DNA of 57,991 nt from Hydrurus foetidus (taxonomy: Eukaryota): positions 1 through 57,991 of the forward strand of contig UYFQ01000720.1 of the NCBI GenBank assembly GCA_900617105.1, read 5' to 3'. Numbering within the stretch: position 1 is the stretch's first letter; every line of letters starts with the position of its first letter. Of this stretch, positions 50,390-57,991 are shown one piece after another. A model generated the notes under the pieces. That model searched no databases and was not told the DNA's origin. It worked only from the letters and a program-made list of their open reading frames with translations. Both the position numbers and the translations under genes were made by a program.

Positions 50390-51108
50390 TCTCTTTAAGA
50401 TGAAGCGGCAGGCTTTAGTAAGCACGCTCAGCGAAACACTGTTGGATTGATTTCAATTTTTCAGGACTACGACAATGACTTCTCAAAAGATTGACATTAC
50501 CGCAGATAGCAGAGAGTAGAGAGTAGCGAGTAGAGAGGTGAGAGGTGTTCGAGAGTGACCTCATTTATTTAGTATTTGGTACAGTACTCAAATATTGCTC
50601 ATCATTTCCGGCACAACCGGCTTATTTTTGCGAACTTTTCCGGGAAGGCCGTCTTCGGTATTTTAGACGTTGCTCCACTGCAGTCTACTAAGTTTTCTAG
50701 AGTAATTTGAAGAAACACGGAGTAATTTAAATATCCGGCTGTGACTGTTGACTGTAAAGTGATAGCTTCAAATCAATTTAACATCTAGAGATTACGAGAA
50801 GTTCCAGAATTCGCTGATTTATCCGAGTATGAAATGTTTTCAGTGGAGCTATTCCAAATATTCGCCGGATTTAACATTGCGACTACAGTTATCTGGAAGG
50901 GAAAAGAAAGAAGTTGTGGATGAGAAATACATTGACCTCGTACAGTACGTGTTGTATGTTCTGGACGATTCCATAGAAGTGAAATTTGTTTGACTGAGCG
51001 AACCTGTTGCACATATCACCGCAGCGTGATTAGTGCAGTTGCCAGTAGAAAGCAAAGAATTCGTGGAATGGCAGTGCAAGAAAGATCTCACGCATTGGAA
51101 AGCTGACG

Positions 51109-51177
51109 GAAAACAGATCAAATCCGTAATTTGAAAACAGATCAAATCCGTATTTTGAAAACAGATCAAATCCGTAA
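51109..51177. repeat. 24 bp tandem repeat x3
   Basis: gaaaacagatcaaatccgta(a/t)ttt units at 51109, 51133 and 51157. Confidence 0.92.
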
Positions 51178-51583
51178 CTCGTTTGGCATTTATTTTATTT
51201 CTAAGTGGCACTGACGTCAGGAAGGTAATTTCAGGGTTCTTTGAAGAGTAGTGTTAGTTGTTGTGCAACCATTACTCAAAGGTACGAATACAAGTTATCC
51301 GGAATGAATGCGTCTTTGCACCGCCAGAGTACTTGTGAGGAGTGCAATAATTGTGGCGAAATTTGTCCGCATCATATGCTGCCACTATCATTTGATTATG
51401 TGGTATCATTATTTACAAGTGGAAGTAAGTCAGACGGCTGTATAAATGATTTGTGTATACTGTATGCAGCACTGCGATGATTTGATTTTTGATGGTGAGA
51501 ACAGTATGTACATGAGGAATTCACAATTCACTTCATGGTCATTTCAATGTATCCAGATTAGAATGCGAGACTAATATTCTCGC

Positions 51584-52174
51584 TCAATCGAAGTAGCCTC
51601 TCTTCCTCTCCGTGTCTTTGCGTGTTTGTAAAAAGTCTCGTACGCGAGCCTGACCCTCCTGATAAACGAGAAAAATATGATATAAGTGCAGCTCGTTTTA
51701 AAATTAGAACCTCTGACAGGAAATCGCATGAAATACTTGAGTGTGAAATTTATTATTAAACAAGATTAGCTGGCGCTTCAACTGCACACATGAAATAAAA
51801 CACTATTTCAACATCGTAAAAAGAGACATGGATTATGAAGATTCGATAATTACCTCTTTCGTGAGGTCTCCGAGAGAGAACTGAAGAATAGCGACACCCA
51901 GAACGATAACACCAGCAACAACAACTGTGAAGAATGGATCCGGTAGATCGCCAGCTTGACCGACGGTGTTCAGCACCTCTTCCTCCGAAATGCTTGTATC
52001 AGCTAACTGTAGGGTGCTGATGATACGTGGTGCGATGGCGGCGATTACGTTCTCAAGAGACATCTTCAAGCTAGTTTCAGAGCGGCATCTCACGATTGGG
52101 GATGTCCGTGGGGTGAAACAATAGACATTTGAGACCGAGATGAGAAGTAGCGTTGATAGCAGGGCGGCGTTCAT
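51584..52174 (-). CDS. Small plastid-targeted membrane protein, copy B; exons 52174-51854 and 51658-51584
   Basis: Paralog of 38623-39238 with the same intron position and an identical exon 2. An alternative ATG lies 15 nt upstream. Confidence 0.82.
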
Positions 52175-52945
52175 GAACTGAAGAACCATTACGAAATGTG
52201 ACTTTTTTGATGGCAAATAGTTTTCCAGATGTCCAGCCCGATATTGACACAGAGAGCAGACGTTAACCGAAGGTGGCGATTGTATTGTCGTTCGCCTGTC
52301 AAATCCCAGTCGATGAGGTTGTTCTAAAAAGATCGATCAGATCCAACTTCGAATTGACTTCGAGTGTAGGCTTGAAGAATAACCAGAAGGATCCTGTACC
52401 GAACAGTAAACCTAGATTTAGAATCTGGAATCATATTTATATCTCACAGAATATGATAACGATGATATCTACACAAACTACTTGTAGATGCGACGTTGAC
52501 ACATTCTGATAAAGAAATGGAATAACCAGTGGGATGCGATCGCTCATCATCATGCGGTGTCCGCTTTATTTTTGATCTATCAAAAGGACAGGATTTTTCC
52601 CTTCTTCTTGAAACAGCTGAAAAAGTTATTCTTGAGATAAACAAGTAAATTCAGTAAGGTGCTTAAAGAGCGGAAATAATCACTGTAAGATGCCGATGCT
52701 ATCAAATCATTCGAGTACGCACTGAAGAGCACTGAGTCATTTCAAATGAAGAGTTTTGCGTGATCAAATATTTGGCAGTTTCTGCGATACCCACCCCAGA
52801 CATACAAGTAGTCATTGTAAAAGCGCCATCTGTAGAATGGACAACACTTTATAACACCCAAATTTGACATTCAATACTGACCAATAACTAGATAGTAAAT
52901 AGTGACCAGTAGGGGAAATACAGCTGTGTGCAAGATAATCAAGGT

Positions 52946-53749
52946 TTATAAGAAGTTTCTCATTCTTGCGAGATTAATGACTCGACAACTCTCCTCAATG
53001 TTTTTTCCTATCAATTCTTTCCAAGGTGGAAAGAGCCATTGCAAGCGTTTCTTTTTTTGAGGAGCCTTCCGTTCAATTGTGTATACTTCGTCATCTGAGA
53101 CCTTCTGATTCTCAATGTTTTCCTGATCGCTCGATGGAAACTCTCGATCATTGAAAGGCAAAAACTCATGGAAATTGGATCTGATTGCTGCTTTAATGCC
53201 AAGTAGGACCTTCTGGTTACCGGTTGCATTTAGATGCAGGCCATCACATAGATCGCTTGCTATGATGGCGTCGTCTCCATCCCACAGTTCTACGACGGCA
53301 GTGCGATAATTGTGCTCCCCGATCTCTCTGACAGCCATCACATATTTCTCTGTCACTGAGTCTATTCTTCCAACTTTGGTAGCCTTTGTTGGGGTTAGCA
53401 GGAGGAATGTCACGTCAGGGTTGACCGAACGAAATGTTTTCATTATCGCTACCACGTTTGAACGAAATTCCTCAACCGGAACAGACTGAACGCCCTTACT
53501 GGTGACACTATCATTGTTTCCGAGAAATAGAATTGCCATATCTGGTTTTTGCGAGCCGATAAGTTCAGGGAGAGACGTCAATATCCAGCGACTGTTGTAG
53601 CCTGACTGACCCCGCAAAAAGATGTCTGCGAGCCTTGAGTACCAGTCAGATAGACCTATGCCAAATCCCATATATTTGACACTATATGCTCTTTGAATCA
53701 TGCTCGTTCCGACTATCATTATACTCTTTGATGCGAACATTTTCGTCAT
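52946..53749 (-). CDS. SGNH/GDSL hydrolase, IAH1-like esterase
   Basis: Blocks GTSM, RGQSGYNSRW, LGNND and DGLH supply Ser, Gly, Asn and His. Confidence 0.87.
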   Translation of the reverse strand: MTKMFASKSIMIVGTSMIQRAYSVKYMGFGIGLSDWYSRLADIFLRGQSGYNSRWILTSLPELIGSQKPDMAILFLGNNDSVTSKGVQSVPVEEFRSNVVAIMKTFRSVNPDVTFLLLTPTKATKVGRIDSVTEKYVMAVREIGEHNYRTAVVELWDGDDAIIASDLCDGLHLNATGNQKVLLGIKAAIRSNFHEFLPFNDREFPSSDQENIENQKVSDDEVYTIERKAPQKKKRLQWLFPPWKELIGKNIEESCRVINLARMRNFL

Positions 53750-54982
53750 CACAACAACAAAAGTGGACGTTGACGTGAGATATTAATTTCTCGATAGTTG
53801 AGATATAAAAGCGCCAGTTGTCAGGGGTGCTTCTTGATGGCCTCTATGAGGTGGTCAGACTGTGGGTTCTAGCTGCTCCAATGTGACTAATGTAATTTTA
53901 GTGACATCGATTACTATGATTATGACAGACATGTTTGTCACCTATGTCAGGAGTCATTGAATTTGAGTGGTGTGAAACTGAAAATTTAATCAACTTCACA
54001 GGTTGAGGTGTGGTTTGCGGCGGGTTTGTCACATCAGATGCAATTTCTGCTGACGACCTTCACGGTTACCCCCGGACCACGCTGACCAGTAAAATTGGAA
54101 AACGTTCTAACTTCTTTAAAAATGATTTTTATGACTCAATACTTTGGCCACGGATAGGAAATAATACTATTATCACTCACTGTGAGTTGTAGGTGAAACG
54201 CAATTTTTTTAAATTTCGATCAATTTTTTTAATTTATGAGAACTATTTTAACCACCGTTGCTTTCTCAATTTTTATTTTTGAACATAACAGCATGATGTT
54301 TTTCATAAGATCTGAATTAATGAAGTCTGATGTATTAGCCTGATCCATTATTACAAATTTCTACTATTCTATTGACCAAAGAATTGTCTAAGATGTGACA
54401 CGTTCGGTTCGGATCGAGGACGATCCGATCCACACGATTCATTGCTTGATACCTGCTGTGTTTATCTGTAAGCTAACCAAATTGCTATCATAGCACTAGC
54501 CCCACAGCTCTTCATCTTTGCCCATGTCCTCGCTGCTCCCAGTCCTTCGAGCCAGAGACTTAGCAAGGCCACAATACTGGTATTTGGAACCAACTAGGAT
54601 CTCTTTGAGAGACCAGTTGCCAAAATCAACCAAAAACCTTGCCACGACCGTGAAACAGTCGTGCCAAGCAAAGCGAGTAGCTTTTTGTAAGTGAAATCAA
54701 CGTCTAACGACACTGTAAAGGCTCTATCAAATCGACAGCCTCCAAAACGCCCTCTGTGGCGACGGTCGGGGCCTAGGACGAAGGACGTAGGTTTTGTTGG
54801 ACGAAAGCGCGAGGACAGAAGACGAAGGACGAAAGAGAAACGAGTTGGTTGCGAGATAAGATTGTGGTTATACTTTACAGTTGAATAGTTCAGGTGATGT
54901 GTACACTAAGAGCACTCACATCATGTGGAACTAAGACCTAAAACTGGAATCTGAGCGTATTGTACCTGTTGTACCTAGTTAA

Positions 54983-57776
54983 GCTCTCGTCTCCAGAAAA
55001 ATCGGTGCACTGGTGCACCCAAATCCTGATGCACTGGTGCACCCGAGACTGACATAGCTGTATCGGCCATAACTTTTTTCCAGAAACGTATTTTTAATTA
55101 CTTTTTGGTTATGCATTTAGGTTTCGAGCTATGTGAGCATTGAAGCACATTGAATTGGGTTTGTTGTGAGGATCGCAGACAGTGACTATGCTTCTATCAT
55201 TATTCACGTCACTGCATGTCACACAATAATATGAGGATTGGAGATTACAGTCTCCCATGCAACATCTCCGCTTTGCGCGCATGTTGGCACCCAAACCATT
55301 ATATGCAGGTAGGCCTCGCAGGGGTAGAAGTCGATGATCCTAGTATATTTTGATGAGTAAGGTATGAGAATAAAAATCGACACTGTGGGATGCTTTTACA
55401 GTAACTTACATTTACAGGCATCACCACTTCCTCTTCTTCCTCCACCTCACGCTGACGACGCCTCAGACGAGGTCGGATTCCATTGTTGTGAATAAGTTGA
55501 TATGCAAGTCGGTGAAGAAAGTCTTCGTATGATAGAATACCGACTTCTCCTCCCATTTGTCTGTTACGGAACTCGAGTCTATATCCAAGAAAAGCATCGG
55601 TACAGATCATGCCAAACAGAGTACCGAGCAACCGATGCCACCAAGTTTGCGTGTTCCAGTTCTTCTCCATAGCTAGTGAGCCCTGTCGATAGTGATCGTG
55701 GACATCAATGTTCGAAAAGCAGCTGAAGAACATCTCGATTGCCTGCGGCCGTGGTATGTGAATATCGAACCTATCATTCTCGTGACCCCAATTAGTTTCA
55801 ACAAGACGACGCCTGTGCCGAACTGATGGGTTTCCCATGACCGATGTCAGGCCTCTCGTGCAGACAATCTTCTTAGTCGTCTTGTCTTTCCAAGCCACAG
55901 CGAAGATCTGCTCTACAGTGACGCCATCTTCAAGGGTGATGGTGCTCTTCAGCGTCTTGTGGTGCCCTCTCTGAATATCTTCACCCTTCGTCCACTCTTC
56001 AAAAAAATTCTTCGGGAACATCCTGGTCGCAGTCTTGATACAGCCCATGAAATGGACCCCTCGACTCCGTAATGCTTTCACCGTGGAGACACTGCTGAAC
56101 GCACTGTCAGCATGCAGTGTTATGCCTGTCCCAAAGTAGTGCTTCACGACACGCAAGGTACGAGCGATAGATGATGGATATTCGTCACAGAACTCTTTTA
56201 ACTCATTGGCTACTCTTCCTTCCATAAACTCCAGATGCAGAAGTATACCGGACTCCCCGTCAGCGAGAGACTTCAGCTCTGCTCCAATGCCTTGTGGCTT
56301 CCTCATGATTTTCGTTTTATGCGGCAGTGCAAAAATGCACTCATACTTCTCGGATCCCTTCCACGCGGACATGCACTCGTCAATGACGAGATCTCCTGAA
56401 ACAACAACTCTGTCTATCCTGTTCGCATTAAATGCATCAATGAACGGCCGTATCGGAATCCAGGGGTCCTAATCAGTAACATTACTATTAGATTTGAATT
56501 GAATGAGGTCGTGTATAAGATGCATACCTCATTCACAATTCCCTCATCATAATCGGAGAATCTCAAGCATTTTGATATCGCTTGGAATCGATGTCTTGTC
56601 ATCCCAAATCTTCCATAGTCGGGGGGGGTAAAGGTGGATCCGGGTCGCACCTCATCCTCCCAGTATTCCCTCACATCAAGTCGCTTTCTATCAAGCGTCA
56701 TATTCAATCTGATCCCAAAATAGGTCAGAAGCTCGTGTTCAGTCAACCTTGGCTTTCGCCCAGTTGGGTCCAATTTGTCATTGGTCATCTCCAATGTCGC
56801 AAGATTCAGCTGCATCGGGTAAAAGAGTCGAAAGTAATCAAGCTCAGTTCTCACAGGCAACGGATCACCGAGTAAGTTCACGTTTCCAGGCCATATGAGC
56901 CTTGTTCTCCTATTCAGTAGTCCGAGATCAACTGAAACTTCTCCATCCTCAAACCACTGATGGCCATTAGGCCACAGCCATGGATTCGGTGCGGGCCCTC
57001 GGATAAGGGCTGCGACGTATGGTAAAGGGGCCAATTCCTCATCTTCCTGATCCACAGCGCTACCATCCGAGTCGTTACCGCCATTTTCAGCTTCAGAGTC
57101 ATCATCCGATGAATGCCTGAGGAAATCGTGCGAATTTTTAGCTTCACTGACGCGAAATCTATCGTTTCCAAAAATCACCAAAGATCGCCAAAAGATATTC
57201 ACCTGCTCCCATAATTCGATTCCACATCAGAGTCATCTTCTTCGTCGTTGTAGGCTATGAGGTTTCTTTGTCCAGGACCTTGGCGTGGTTGTGCTCTAGC
57301 TAACTGGGCGAGAGGTGCCGGAGGTGGAATGTTGTCGGCTGCAGCTGGAGGTGGCTCGACAAGAATTTCGACATGCCGTGATAGATGTTTCCAATGATGC
57401 CGTTATCCCATCGAATTCGGAACTCATTAGGCCCTAAACGTACAATAACCTCAACTACAGCTCCTGTCAAGTTCCTAATGTCCAATCTTTTCCCTTTGAC
57501 GCGATCATGAAGCTGCAGCTTCCTGGGCATGCTATCGCTAAATTGGCGATAACTCTCAAATCGATCAGTTTTGAAAACTTCGACGCAGCGTATCTCGATG
57601 AATATGTCATCAATTTTTAGACTGTAAAATTTGACTCCAGACAGTGTCAACAGGTGAATGCATTGGAGTCTTCAGAACCGTAAGCATCGATATGACTTGT
57701 CCGGTATACGGTAGAAAAGTTTTGATGCACCTGTGCATCAAATGGTGCACGGGTGCATCACTTGGGAGACGGGAGA
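54983..57776. mobile_element. piggyBac transposon
   Basis: TTAA at 54979-54982 and 57777-57780; imperfect 12 bp TIR (G/T)CTC(T/C)CGTCTCC; subterminal (g)tgcac-ggtgca repeats at both ends. Confidence 0.88.
55109..57530 (-). CDS. piggyBac transposase, 4 exons, with one frameshift near 57385
   Basis: MTRHRF, VIDECM, RKPQGIG, ADSAFSS and IDVHDHYR motifs plus a Cys-rich C-terminus. Introns at about 57202-57118, 56527-56469 and 55408-55340. Confidence 0.88.
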
Positions 57777-57991
57777 TTAACCTAGACACATTGTATCCCC
57801 ATAGGAGTGCAATAAGGCTACACTACCCCTTCTTCCTCTTTTGAAGATGTACAGTATATGTATATTAACAAAAGAAGTACAAGTGTTGAAAGATTTACCA
57901 AAACGATTATGTCAGACTCTTACTGACTAAATTCCTCCCAAAAAACGAATGTTAAAAAAAATAGGAGGTGAATTCTTCATGAATATCGTTA

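Noticed and set aside
51109..51177. CRISPR-like array (also considered for 11922-11976)
   Set aside because: Head-to-tail repeats with no spacers, no cas genes, and a eukaryotic context.
54060..54900. Possible transposon end and ggacga-rich repeats
   Set aside because: No partner TIR, TSD or coding region could be identified.

Overview
Intron-containing eukaryotic nuclear DNA, probably from a photosynthetic stramenopile (inferred from signal-peptide plus transit-type presequences on plastid proteins). About a third of the window is transposable elements: a chromodomain Ty3/Gypsy retrotransposon inserted into the gag of a Copia-like element, a complete two-gene PIF/Harbinger element (TAA TSD), a 5.45 kb DD34E IS630/Tc1-type element with ~170 bp TIRs carrying a second 9-exon gene, a piggyBac (TTAA TSD) and two MITEs. 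Host genes are a GT11-like glycosyltransferase, a cytochrome c6A-like protein, ADF/cofilin, a ~2030 aa GGCT/ChaC-like + NB-ARC + TPR (NLR-like) protein whose 3' end is tandemly duplicated, WRAP73, a Cys-rich repeat protein, an inverted pair of small plastid membrane-protein paralogs, EMC1, a ubiquitin-like membrane protein and an SGNH esterase. The strongest candidates for something undescribed are the enzyme-fused NLR-like gene and the two-gene Tc1-type element whose genes both start at the TIR inner edges. All family calls come from reading motifs by eye; no database searches were run.
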